Source: Aigarchaeota archaeon
GTDB lineage: Archaea; Thermoproteota; Nitrososphaeria_A; Caldarchaeales; Calditenuaceae
Direction: 5' to 3'
Assembly (NCBI GenBank): GCA_025059745.1
Contig: JANXDH010000004.1
Span: 533,646-597,645 of the forward strand
Length of the DNA: 64,000 bases
Shown: positions 11,073 to 20,325 of the stretch, one piece after another
Numbering within the stretch: the first letter of the stretch is position 1
Layout of the letters: each line of letters starts with the position of its first letter
Position numbers and translations under genes: made by a program
The notes under the pieces: generated by a model
Seen by the model: the letters and a program-made list of their open reading frames with translations, nothing else
Told to the model about the DNA's origin: nothing
Database searches by the model: none

Positions 11073-11550
11073 CATACGCATTCTCTCCATCTAGGTAGTA
11101 ATGTTTCAGGACCTCGCTCACTACGAAACCTAAGTTCTCATATAATCTTATTGCTTGCCAGTTACTCACCCGGACCTCGAGGAAGACCTCATCACACTTA
11201 TATCTATCCTTAAGGACGCTCAACGCCACTTCCATCAGGCGTCTCCCCACCCCTCGTCCACGATACTCTGGAAGGACCGCGATAGATATGACGTGTCCAG
11301 CCCTCCTGTATCTAAACCTCTCAATCTTTGAGAAGATCCTCTCGACGCGGCACATTATGTACCCGACGACCATCGAGTCAACCTCTGCCACCAGGAACGC
11401 GTTAGGAAAGGTCTCGTAGATGTTATGAAAGAAAGAGTAACTGTAGTTCTCAGGGAGAGATACTCGATTGATATGCATGATCGTAGGTAGGTCCTCGGAC
11501 TTAGCCTCCCTGATGTGGACCGAGAGACCGTCTCTATCAGTCCTTTGCAA
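11053..11550 (-). CDS. N-terminal/ribosomal protein acetyltransferase (Ard1/RimI GNAT)
   Basis: SLPENY, GHVISIAVLPEYRGRGVG, LEVRVSN, YYLDGENAYVM. Start moved to TTG 11550 because the track extension to 11718 overlaps the next gene and a promoter-like region. Confidence 0.9.
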   Translation of the reverse strand: MQRTDRDGLSVHIREAKSEDLPTIMHINRVSLPENYSYSFFHNIYETFPNAFLVAEVDSMVVGYIMCRVERIFSKIERFRYRRAGHVISIAVLPEYRGRGVGRRLMEVALSVLKDRYKCDEVFLEVRVSNWQAIRLYENLGFVVSEVLKHYYLDGENAYVMARSL

Positions 11551-11628
11551 GACGCTATAATTTACGGAGATATAGGGATTGATAAAAGCATCGCCGTGAT
11601 AACGCAAGGGTTTATAATACGCTTGTAG

Positions 11629-12777
11629 GTGAGTAGATGGAATAGTTTGGGGGTAGAACCCGAGACGTACGCGGAGAAGCTCGGTAGTATAAAGAGCGCC
11701 GTTTACAGTCTGTTCCACGTGTCTGATGTGAGATACGAGGCCGGAGTCCTCACCTTCATCACGGAGAAGGCCGACATCAAGGACGCCTTCAAGAGGTTGT
11801 ACAACGATCTAAAGCCGATGGGTTACGTCCCGACCGCTGAGAGAATGGGAGACTCGGTGGTCATAAAGATCTACCCCTTCAAACCCCCCAGGATAGGCAG
11901 CGCGAGGCTACCGTTGATACTAATGGCGGTCACCTGTACGACGGTCTTCATCGACGGGTTGCTCAGGTCGAACGGGATCTACAAGTACGCCTCAACGGTC
12001 TATGAAAACTTCAACGCTTGGTACTACGCAGCCCTCTTCACGGTCTCGCTGTTGGCTATCATAGGCATTCACGAACTAGGGCACAAGATAGTCGCTCGTA
12101 TGAGGAAGATCGACTCGACTCTCCCCTACTTCATACCCGGGATACCGGGGGAGATACCAACTTTCGGAGCTGTTATACTCCAGAAGGGTCCCTTGGTCAA
12201 CAAGGACGACCTCTTCGACCTCGGTATAAGTGGTCCCATCGCTGGGTTCGCCGTCAGTCTCCTCGTCCTCTTCTTAGCTTACTCAACGGCAATCTGGGTG
12301 CCCTATGGGACAGCAGAGGACTTGTACAGGTGGATGCAGAGCGAGGGAGGGATCTTCCTACCGAGGCCGTTCATCTTCGACATCTTCGAGAGCTTCTTGG
12401 GGAGGGACTCAGAGGTGCCCCTGATCGCCTTCACACCCTACGCGTTCCCGGCATGGCTGGGCATGCTGGTGACGGGACTGAACATGGTGCCCATATGGCA
12501 ACTGGACGGGGGCAGGGTAATGAGGGCTCTGGTCAGCAGGAGAGTTCACATGATATTGTCGTACGTGGGCGCCGTCTTCTTGTTCATCACTGGTTACGTT
12601 CTGATGGCGTTACTGCTCCTGTTACTTATGCGGAACACCATGGATCTGCAACCGCTCGATACGGTCTCCTCGCTATCCCTATCGAGGAAGCTGATCTTTC
12701 TGGGTGGACTCGTGATGCTCGCGGTGACCTTCGTAGCCCTCCCCAGCCCCTTCATTCCTCAATTAAGGGGTCAGTGA
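11629..12777 (+). CDS. Site-2 protease (M50 family) intramembrane metalloprotease
   Basis: HELGH zinc motif, GPIAG, NMVPIWQLDGG, multiple TM helices. Confidence 0.92.
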   Translation: MSRWNSLGVEPETYAEKLGSIKSAVYSLFHVSDVRYEAGVLTFITEKADIKDAFKRLYNDLKPMGYVPTAERMGDSVVIKIYPFKPPRIGSARLPLILMAVTCTTVFIDGLLRSNGIYKYASTVYENFNAWYYAALFTVSLLAIIGIHELGHKIVARMRKIDSTLPYFIPGIPGEIPTFGAVILQKGPLVNKDDLFDLGISGPIAGFAVSLLVLFLAYSTAIWVPYGTAEDLYRWMQSEGGIFLPRPFIFDIFESFLGRDSEVPLIAFTPYAFPAWLGMLVTGLNMVPIWQLDGGRVMRALVSRRVHMILSYVGAVFLFITGYVLMALLLLLLMRNTMDLQPLDTVSSLSLSRKLIFLGGLVMLAVTFVALPSPFIPQLRGQ

Positions 12778-13759
12778 CGTAACCGTGCGGAATCAAGCAG
12801 ACTGAGAGACCCTTACCGTGCAGACGAGTGATGTAGTGAACTGAGTCCTGGATCGTATCGAACGATCGAAAACCGCAAACTCCCTCCACGTAGCTCTTCG
12901 GGAGCGGTGTCACCATGCCCACGTGATAGTTCTCCCTTACCCCTTTTACGCTCGTGGCCATCAGATAGTGATAACTCGACTCATCGTCCACTTCAGAGGT
13001 CAACAAGTACCTCAACAACTTCTCTGAACCGATGCCCTTCTCGCACTCAGTCACGAGTATGACCGTACCGGAGCCCTTTATGACACGGGAGGATAAGAGG
13101 AGCGCATTGATGCTCAGCATGAGGGTCTGGTCGAGCGGCTCACCGCCAACTGAAGCTATGACCGCGTCGTAACGTTTAGGTAACCTAGCGACGTAGGACC
13201 CGCCACCTGTCTCATCGGACGAGACGGACAGGAGTGATCCGTCCAGTCCGAAGGAGAGGCCCACGGTCGTCACCTCTAAGGAGGACGCCCACCTTGATAA
13301 CGCATCGGGCCATACGCCGACCATGCCCGAGACAGCCGTAATGAACCTCTGAGACGAACTCGAGAGACCACTGAGGGGTGTAGGTAAAGTCGGCACAATG
13401 AACGCCACACTCTTGATGTCTTTCAACAGATCACCTCTCTTTACGAAGTCATCCACCAGGTGGACCCCTTCCCTATCACTGAAGTCACGGATAATTACAT
13501 CACCCATTACCTCACCGACCCTCCAAGTACTGAGGAGGATCGGCCTCGTCTCGAGTTGAGATATGAGGTCCGCGTACGCCCTCAGTGGTAGGTAATCTAC
13601 GACAACCGCATCAGTACCCCTTGTCCTCTCCCGGACCTCTTCGACTACGTTCGAACTGATGTTCTCAGACCTTACTTGGGGTATCGCCGTGTAGACCTCA
13701 GCCTCATCGGGTAGATCGAACGAGTACTCGAATTTCCCCCTCCTCAACCAGTACTCCAA
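12752..13759 (-). CDS. Divergent LarA (lactate racemase/DUF2088)-like protein
   Basis: The C-terminal YDAVIASVGGEPLD...GTVILVTECEKGIG...IPHG resembles the LarA C-domain; the N-domain is degenerate. Confidence 0.55.
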   Translation of the reverse strand: MEYWLRRGKFEYSFDLPDEAEVYTAIPQVRSENISSNVVEEVRERTRGTDAVVVDYLPLRAYADLISQLETRPILLSTWRVGEVMGDVIIRDFSDREGVHLVDDFVKRGDLLKDIKSVAFIVPTLPTPLSGLSSSSQRFITAVSGMVGVWPDALSRWASSLEVTTVGLSFGLDGSLLSVSSDETGGGSYVARLPKRYDAVIASVGGEPLDQTLMLSINALLLSSRVIKGSGTVILVTECEKGIGSEKLLRYLLTSEVDDESSYHYLMATSVKGVRENYHVGMVTPLPKSYVEGVCGFRSFDTIQDSVHYITRLHGKGLSVCLIPHGYVTDPLIEE

Positions 13760-13772
13760 CCATAGCTCGACC

Positions 13773-15170
13773 TCATGTCAGCCTCCAAGTGGAGTGGAAC
13801 TCGCCCTCTCTATCGGATCTCCTGAACCCGTGGGCCCCGAACAGGTCACGTATCGCCTGTATCAAGTTAGTAGGTAGACGCTCTGAGGTCATCATGAGGA
13901 AGTAGTTGAACGCCGATGAAATAACGGGTATCGGTAGGCCTGAGGACGCGGAGAGCCTGATGAACTCCTTCCATCTCTCCACCCTCTCGAGGGTACCCTT
14001 CGTGAAGATGGGTGTGCTGAAGAGGTACCTGCTACTCGATTCTTCCGACTCATATGCCGTCTGCACTATCTTAGACCGGATTATACAACCCGAGCGCCAG
14101 ACCCTTAACGCCCTGCGGGGCTCCGTCTGGTAACCGAGACTCTCGATGGCCGCGACCAGCATGGACAGGCCCTGCGAGTAACTCATCACGTACGTGCCGT
14201 AGAGCGCGGCCTCCGAGAGTCTTTCAGCGAGTAACCTTCCGATCCTCTCATATGTCAATCTAGGAAACGACTTACTCAGCGCCAACCTGTCGCCGCGTGA
14301 CGTCGATGCAATCCTCTCAGTTACTGCCGCGTCGATGGAGGGGGCCGGAACTCCGAGCCTCATGGCCTCCTCGCTCGCCCACATCCCCGTGCCCTTCTGT
14401 TCCGCCTCATCGACCACCTTCTCCACCAACTCGACCTCACTACCCTCCTCGCGGAACCTCAAGACCTGCGACGCGGCCTCTAGAAGGTAAGATCCGAGCT
14501 CACTACCGTTCCACTCGGAGAAGCAGTCAGCGATCTGACCGTTGCTGAGACCCCCCACCCTCCTCAGGAACTGATAGACCTCAGCTATGCCGCCGAGCAT
14601 GGCGTACTCTATGCCGTTGTGTACTATCTTCACGAAGTGCCCGGCTCCACCCCTCCCAAAGTACCCCTCGCATGAATCATCGTTATACTTGGCCGCGATC
14701 GACCGTAGGAGCTCCCTCACCTCGGCGTACCCAGTCTCATCTCCACCCACCATGATAGAAGGTCCTTTGAGCGCGCCCTCAACTCCACCACTCACACCGA
14801 CCCCTAGGAACCTGATACCCTCACGTAGGAGCTCCTCGTAACGTCTCTCGGTATCTCTGAAGTGGGAGTTCCCGAAATCGAGCACTATATCGCCCCTCGA
14901 GAGCAGTTTCTTCAGCTCAGCTACGTAGTCGTCTACGGGTTTGCCAGCCTTGACCATTAAGATTACGAGCCTTGGAGGACTCAGGGAATCTACGAACTCT
15001 CTAAGCTCCCTGTAGCCCCTCACCCTCAAACTCCCGCACTTCTCCTTAAGGAAACTCTCGACCTTCTCGTAAGTCCGGTTATAGAGCGAGACGGAGTACC
15101 CTCGACTCTCCACGTTGATCACTATGTTCTCCGCCATGGGACCCAGTCCTATGATGCCGACCTCTCCCAA
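13773..15170 (-). CDS. gnd: 6-phosphogluconate dehydrogenase, decarboxylating (long form, probably NADP-dependent)
   Basis: YNRT, LMVKAG, GVSGGVEGA, GHFVKIVHNGIEY, QKGTG, WRSGCIIRS, QAIRDLFGAH. Confidence 0.95.
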   Translation of the reverse strand: MGEVGIIGLGPMAENIVINVESRGYSVSLYNRTYEKVESFLKEKCGSLRVRGYRELREFVDSLSPPRLVILMVKAGKPVDDYVAELKKLLSRGDIVLDFGNSHFRDTERRYEELLREGIRFLGVGVSGGVEGALKGPSIMVGGDETGYAEVRELLRSIAAKYNDDSCEGYFGRGGAGHFVKIVHNGIEYAMLGGIAEVYQFLRRVGGLSNGQIADCFSEWNGSELGSYLLEAASQVLRFREEGSEVELVEKVVDEAEQKGTGMWASEEAMRLGVPAPSIDAAVTERIASTSRGDRLALSKSFPRLTYERIGRLLAERLSEAALYGTYVMSYSQGLSMLVAAIESLGYQTEPRRALRVWRSGCIIRSKIVQTAYESEESSSRYLFSTPIFTKGTLERVERWKEFIRLSASSGLPIPVISSAFNYFLMMTSERLPTNLIQAIRDLFGAHGFRRSDREGEFHSTWRLT

Positions 15171-15283
15171 ACCAGACTAGCTCCGTGTACCTCATAAGAT
15201 AAATGTGTCAGTAATACGACCGGCTCTCAACTCGGATGGGAGGGTATTAAAACGTAATAAACGCCCGCTCCATTCCGACCCTC

Positions 15284-15661
15284 ATGCGTTACGTCAGGGC
15301 TAGGGACTTGGAGGAGAGAACCAAGCGGATGGTCGATGCCCTCGGTCTGAACCATATAGACCCCGAGAGGGTGATCTGCATCAGGAGTTACGGATCTCGG
15401 TCCAAGAGGACGCTCGCTAGGGTCCATGCACCCTCGAAGGCCGTACTCGCGGCCCTGAACATGAAGCCCGTCTACGTGATAGAGTTCATTGAAGAAGCAT
15501 GCAGGAGACTGACCGATGAGCAGCTGGAGGACGTTATTCTCCACGAACTGCTTCACATCCCCAAGTCGTTCAGTGGAGGCCTGCGTGGCCACGACGCTAG
15601 GTTCTCCTCGGAGTTAGAGAGTTACAGGAAGTTCCTCAGTAGAGCTCGCAGATACCGATGA
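15284..15661 (+). CDS. Small putative zinc metallopeptidase
   Basis: ILHELLHIP...GLRGH HExxH motif. Confidence 0.75.
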   Translation: MRYVRARDLEERTKRMVDALGLNHIDPERVICIRSYGSRSKRTLARVHAPSKAVLAALNMKPVYVIEFIEEACRRLTDEQLEDVILHELLHIPKSFSGGLRGHDARFSSELESYRKFLSRARRYR

Positions 15662-16304
15662 CCGTGCAAGGTGTGCTGTCAACCCCCTCTATTAATAGCG
15701 GAGCCACTATGACCAGATCGTAATAGTTATCCTTCCCCGCGAGCGCCATGTCCTCTATGATCAGGAGGTCGGGGGCCGACAGGAGAACTCTATGTGACCT
15801 CCATCCCTCATCTCTGTGACGCGGAGATCCTATGCTTATAGCGTCTGTGCCCACGCATCTGAGACGCGGATAGAACTTGATCAGGTACTTCGCGCCCTCC
15901 TCGGATATACACGGTCCATCGTTCGCGAACTTGACCGGATCGCTCACCGCCATGCGCTCGATACCAGTGCGTATCATGACTAAGCCCGACCTGGATATGG
16001 CCTGCTCATGCGCCTCGAGATCTCTTCTCGTTATCAGCTCCCCAGGTCCCTTGGGTACGTCTATAATGACTCCCCTCTTGAAGACTAACTCCTCCGGTCT
16101 GAAGTCCGAGATCGCTCGCCCCTCACCGTAGAAGTGTCTCTGGGCGTCCACGTGTGTTCCAACGTGGTTACCCAACATCATAGCGTAGCTGTTGCTCGTA
16201 TCCCCTGAGGAGATCTGACGCAACGGTGAGACCCTCAGAGGCATCATTCCGGGGTACACCGGAGTCCTCTCAGATAGGGTCTTTGATAATAGTGCCGCCT
16301 TCAA
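15636..16304 (-). CDS. Cyclase/kynurenine-formamidase-family metal-dependent hydrolase
   Basis: HVGTHVDAQRHF (HxGTHxD), IRTG, GTDAISI, SHRVLL...IIE. Confidence 0.88.
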   Translation of the reverse strand: MKAALLSKTLSERTPVYPGMMPLRVSPLRQISSGDTSNSYAMMLGNHVGTHVDAQRHFYGEGRAISDFRPEELVFKRGVIIDVPKGPGELITRRDLEAHEQAISRSGLVMIRTGIERMAVSDPVKFANDGPCISEEGAKYLIKFYPRLRCVGTDAISIGSPRHRDEGWRSHRVLLSAPDLLIIEDMALAGKDNYYDLVIVAPLLIEGVDSTPCTVIGICELY

Positions 16305-16402
16305 CTTTTCAATTCAATCCGTTCGTCGAGTTAAATAATTTTTCGATTCTCCACCTGAACGAGCTCGGTAAGGGTTTATATCTCTAGGCCCCGGCCTTTG
16401 AG

Positions 16403-17449
16403 GTGAGTATGGTGACCAGATCGCTCCAGTTGGGGTACTGGGCCGCGCAAGAGCAGTACTCGCCGGACACTCTCTTGAAGTTTGCGATACGAGCGGAGAT
16501 AATGGGCTTCGACATCATAGTGACGAGCGATCACTTCCACCCATGGAGCGACACCGGTGGCCAAAGCGGTCATACGTGGATCTGGTTGGCGAGCGTGGCC
16601 GAGCGCACGAAGAAGGTCGAGGTCGGCACCGCGGTCACCACTCCCCTCTTCAGGTATCATCCCGCCATAGTGGCGCAGGCGTTCTCCACGCTCGACCACC
16701 TATATCCTGGGAGGATCTTCCTAACAGTCGGTACTGGACACGCGATGAATGAGGTGCCCTTAGGTTACTCCTGGCCGGGGTACAGAGAGAAGGTGGGTAG
16801 GTTGAAGGAGGCGATAGAGGTGATCAAACTCCTCTGGGAGGGTGACTTCGTGACGTATGAGGGCGAGTACTATAGGCTGAACACCGCAAAGCTCTACACG
16901 AAGCCCAAGAGCAAGATCAGATTATACGTCGCGACGTCCAATGAGAGAGTAGCCGAGATAGCAGGGACGCACACGGACGGGATCTTGACGAACCCGAGGG
17001 GACTAGAGAACCTTAAGGAGATAATCGAGTCGATGGAGAAGGCGGCCAGGCGCGCCGGGAGAGACCCGTCTACTCTGAGCAAGTGCATGGAGTTCAAGGT
17101 CTCCTACGACCTCGACTACCAGAGGGCACTAAGGGCGGCCAGTTTCTGGGCGCCGACCGCTATACCGAGGGAGAAGAGGGAGAAGGTCGCCGACCCAAGG
17201 GTTCTGGAATCTATGGTGACGGAGAAAGAGATAGAGAAGATAAAGCGGACCTGGCTGATAACGACGGACTCCGACGACATATTCAAGGCACTGGGGGATT
17301 TCCTGAAGCTAGGGTTCGATAGAGTATACATACATAGCGCCTCCCCCAACGAGGAGCGATTTCTGAACCTCCTAGGCAGGGAGATACTGCCTTGGATGAG
17401 GGAGTACTGGGAGGAGCTGAGGGCTCCTATCAGATCTGCGGCGGAGTGA
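16403..17449 (+). CDS. F420-dependent luciferase-like oxidoreductase, glucose-6-phosphate dehydrogenase (FGD) family
   Basis: GYWAAQEQYSP, SDHFHPW, GTAVTTPLFRYHPAIVAQAFSTL, GTGHAMNE. Confidence 0.82.
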   Translation: MSMVTRSLQLGYWAAQEQYSPDTLLKFAIRAEIMGFDIIVTSDHFHPWSDTGGQSGHTWIWLASVAERTKKVEVGTAVTTPLFRYHPAIVAQAFSTLDHLYPGRIFLTVGTGHAMNEVPLGYSWPGYREKVGRLKEAIEVIKLLWEGDFVTYEGEYYRLNTAKLYTKPKSKIRLYVATSNERVAEIAGTHTDGILTNPRGLENLKEIIESMEKAARRAGRDPSTLSKCMEFKVSYDLDYQRALRAASFWAPTAIPREKREKVADPRVLESMVTEKEIEKIKRTWLITTDSDDIFKALGDFLKLGFDRVYIHSASPNEERFLNLLGREILPWMREYWEELRAPIRSAAE

Positions 17450-17450
17450 T

Positions 17451-18608
17451 CTAAGACGTTACGGAGTGGTGCCACCTCAGGATGTACTCCGGTAACTTCA
17501 GTCCCCTCTCCTGTAGTTTGTAGACCAGTAGGAGCGGTATGGGGCTGGAGGCGAACGCGGCCTTAAGATAGAAGTCATTGGGACCACCATCGAAGGAGTT
17601 GGATGGTATGTAGTACGAATAGTCCGAAAGGGCCTCTATCGTTGATCCCTTGGTACCGACTATTGATGCGACGACGCCCCCCATCTTCTTGAAGTTCTTA
17701 CACCACGCGGCAACGACCTCTATCTCTCCGCTCTGAGATATGACCAATAAGAGATCTCCAGCCCTCGGTGAGGGCGTGCTCGCGTCCCCTGCGACATAGA
17801 CCTGGTCCCCTATGGCCCTCTTCACGTGTCCCAACCTCACTGCGGTCATTCTGGCTACCTCCCTGCTGCTCCCTAAACCGGCAAGGAAGCAGACGTGCCT
17901 TTTCTCGAGCATATCGACGACGGTCTTCATGAAGTCCGATCTCACGACGTCCTCCACCACCTTCGTCACCTCCGAGGTGAAAGACGCTATGTACTCACGG
18001 ATCTGACTGGCCGGCGCGTCCCTGTTCAAGGTCTCGGCCAACCCATAGAGGAACAGGAGACCTCCGAGAATGAAGACGTCCTCTAATATACCAACTGATC
18101 TGAACTCGACGGTATCGATCTTGTCTTCACTGAGCTCCCTCCCCTTCAGGACCATGAGTGTGCCGTACTTGTAACCGAGTTTACCTAGCGGAGACTCCGG
18201 GTCACTCGTTATCACGTCTATCTTATGGTCCTTATAGTTCTCGGACTTGGCGATCAATAACGCGAGCTTTTGAGCGTCGATCAGCGGTAGGAGAGACTTC
18301 CCGCTACCGGAGAGTATTAGGAGCGAGATCTGCCCGAATCGTCTCCTCAACGTGGGCGCGGCCTCGTCTATATGCCTCGCGGGGAAGCCTATGTCACCCC
18401 TATCGATGACCACCTTACCGTTCTTCATCTTAGCTAGCTCGCTACAGAATATGCTCAGGGCACCCTTCGTCCTCCCCTCAGCGCTTGGTACTATAACGCC
18501 GGAACTCCTGATATCGGTATAGATGTCCTCGGTCGCCTTGTTGTCCAGTTCGTACAGATTGTTTACGATTTTGTTGATGAAACCAATCGAGGCGGAAATT
18601 TCACCCAT
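17451..18608 (-). CDS. Tandem SIS-domain sugar isomerase (6-phospho-3-hexuloisomerase-like duplication)
   Basis: Two PHI/HxlB-like halves: AEGRT...ILSGSGKS...TSDPESPLGKL and GLGSS...VYVAGDASTP..GDLLLVISQSGE...GSTIEALSD. Confidence 0.7.
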   Translation of the reverse strand: MGEISASIGFINKIVNNLYELDNKATEDIYTDIRSSGVIVPSAEGRTKGALSIFCSELAKMKNGKVVIDRGDIGFPARHIDEAAPTLRRRFGQISLLILSGSGKSLLPLIDAQKLALLIAKSENYKDHKIDVITSDPESPLGKLGYKYGTLMVLKGRELSEDKIDTVEFRSVGILEDVFILGGLLFLYGLAETLNRDAPASQIREYIASFTSEVTKVVEDVVRSDFMKTVVDMLEKRHVCFLAGLGSSREVARMTAVRLGHVKRAIGDQVYVAGDASTPSPRAGDLLLVISQSGEIEVVAAWCKNFKKMGGVVASIVGTKGSTIEALSDYSYYIPSNSFDGGPNDFYLKAAFASSPIPLLLVYKLQERGLKLPEYILRWHHSVTS

Positions 18609-18664
18609 CCTAAGTTCACCTCTCTCTCCCTGAATAAAAGTATTAACCCATTAACATGGGTTTT

Positions 18665-19420
18665 TCATAGGTCCTCCCATTTCACGTATCTACGGGCCAA
18701 CAACCCCTCTACCACAACGAACCCAAGCAAGCCGGCTATTATATAGAGCAGTTCCACCTCACCTATCTCGCTCAGACTGAAGGACATCTGAATTATCCTC
18801 GCACAAACGTAAGTTGGAGTCAGGAAGGCCAGCTGTGCTATCTGGGGCGGGAGCAACTCGTGCGGGTAGAAGACCGGTGGTAGAACTGTCAGTAGTGCGG
18901 TGATCATGGGAGAGTAGGTCCATAGGTCCTTCAGCTCCTTTGCCCTGCTACCGATTATGAAACCCCACACCGATATGGTGATCCACAGCAATATCACGCA
19001 CCCCCCTATCACCAATAGATTGAACACCGTGACGGGGACGACCTGTGAGATCAAGAACAAGATCATTACCAGTGCAGGTACCGTAATAATCAGGTTGCCG
19101 AGAGCGATACCGAAGTAGTAAGGTAGAGGGCCACTCGGCGACGCAACGAAGACGTCCTGGAGCCTCAAGAGGACGCGCATGTGAGCTATGTCCGTCTCCA
19201 CTACTATGGTCGACGCGACCGTGATTGATATGAGGCCGCCTATCAGGGCATACGGCATGATAATGCTGCCCACGTAAACATACGCGAAGAAGATTATGGT
19301 AAATGGAGTGATGAGGTAGTTGAGGGCCCAGATGGGTTGCCTCTTGAACGGGATCAGGTTCGTGAGGTACGCTATCAGGAACGACCTCCACAACCCCATG
19401 AGAAGGCGCCTACCCCTCAT
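18665..19420 (-). CDS. ABC-2 type exporter permease
   Basis: Six TM helices, PPVFYP..LP motif; coupled to the upstream ATPase. Confidence 0.85.
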   Translation of the reverse strand: MRGRRLLMGLWRSFLIAYLTNLIPFKRQPIWALNYLITPFTIIFFAYVYVGSIIMPYALIGGLISITVASTIVVETDIAHMRVLLRLQDVFVASPSGPLPYYFGIALGNLIITVPALVMILFLISQVVPVTVFNLLVIGGCVILLWITISVWGFIIGSRAKELKDLWTYSPMITALLTVLPPVFYPHELLPPQIAQLAFLTPTYVCARIIQMSFSLSEIGEVELLYIIAGLLGFVVVEGLLARRYVKWEDL

Positions 19421-20325
19421 TACTCAGCCCTGTTTACTACCTCGAGGAAGACGTCCTCCAGAGTGAGAGGAGATATGGTGGCTTTTGCTCCGTTACTTAC
19501 AGCTATCTCCGCCAACTCCCTCGCACCCCTCAGGTCGGTATAGACCCTCACAATCGAGCCCAGTACGATACAACGCCCGTAACCCCTGACAAGACTCAGG
19601 TCTAGACGTGACGTCTCGAGGTCAACCCTCATTTTCTTCTCGATCCTAGCCTTCAACTCTTGAACTGAAAAGGACGCTAGGACCCTTCCGGCCTCCAAAA
19701 TGGCTACGCTATCCGAGAGGACCTCAGCCTCTTCCATATCGTGGGTCGTCAATAGGACGGTCCTACCCTCACGAACAGACTTCCTAACGACCTCCCACAC
19801 TCTGTGCTTGCTAACAGGATCTAGACCTATCGTAGGTTCATCGAGGAAGAGTAGATCGGCCTCGGACGCCAACGCCATCCCGACAAGCACGCGCCTCCTC
19901 AAGCCGCCTGAGAGGTTGGAGGCTGGAACGTTCATGTAATCTGAGAGTTCCAGGTCTTTTAAGTAGCTCCTCGCCCGCTCCCTCGCCTCACTACGTCCTA
20001 TCCCCCGTATGTTCAGGTAATAGTAGACGTGTTCCCACGGCGTGCAGAGGTGCAGGGGATGTGACTCCTGGGGCACAACGGCCACCCTCTCCCTAACCAT
20101 CTTAGCCTCCCTCTCAACGTCATATCCCAATACCCTTAACTCACCCTTGGTCTTTCTGAGCTGTGTGGCCGCTATCCTCACGAAGGTCGTCTTCCCCGCT
20201 CCATTTCTACCCAGCAAGGAGACTACCTGTCCCCTCATGACCTTCAAGGAGAAGTCCTCAAGTGCCCATCTGAGACCGTCGTAGGTCTTATAAAGTCTTG
20301 TCGCCTCTATGGCGATCTCACTCAT
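19420..20325 (-). CDS. ABC-2 type exporter ATP-binding protein
   Basis: GRNGAGKTT, LSGG, LDEPT, TTHDMEEA. Confidence 0.93.
   Translation of the reverse strand: MSEIAIEATRLYKTYDGLRWALEDFSLKVMRGQVVSLLGRNGAGKTTFVRIAATQLRKTKGELRVLGYDVEREAKMVRERVAVVPQESHPLHLCTPWEHVYYYLNIRGIGRSEARERARSYLKDLELSDYMNVPASNLSGGLRRRVLVGMALASEADLLFLDEPTIGLDPVSKHRVWEVVRKSVREGRTVLLTTHDMEEAEVLSDSVAILEAGRVLASFSVQELKARIEKKMRVDLETSRLDLSLVRGYGRCIVLGSIVRVYTDLRGARELAEIAVSNGAKATISPLTLEDVFLEVVNRAE

Noticed and set aside
11551-11718. N-terminal extension of the acetyltransferase ORF in the track
   Set aside because: It overlaps the S2P gene and an AT-rich divergent promoter region; GNAT similarity begins only near 11520.
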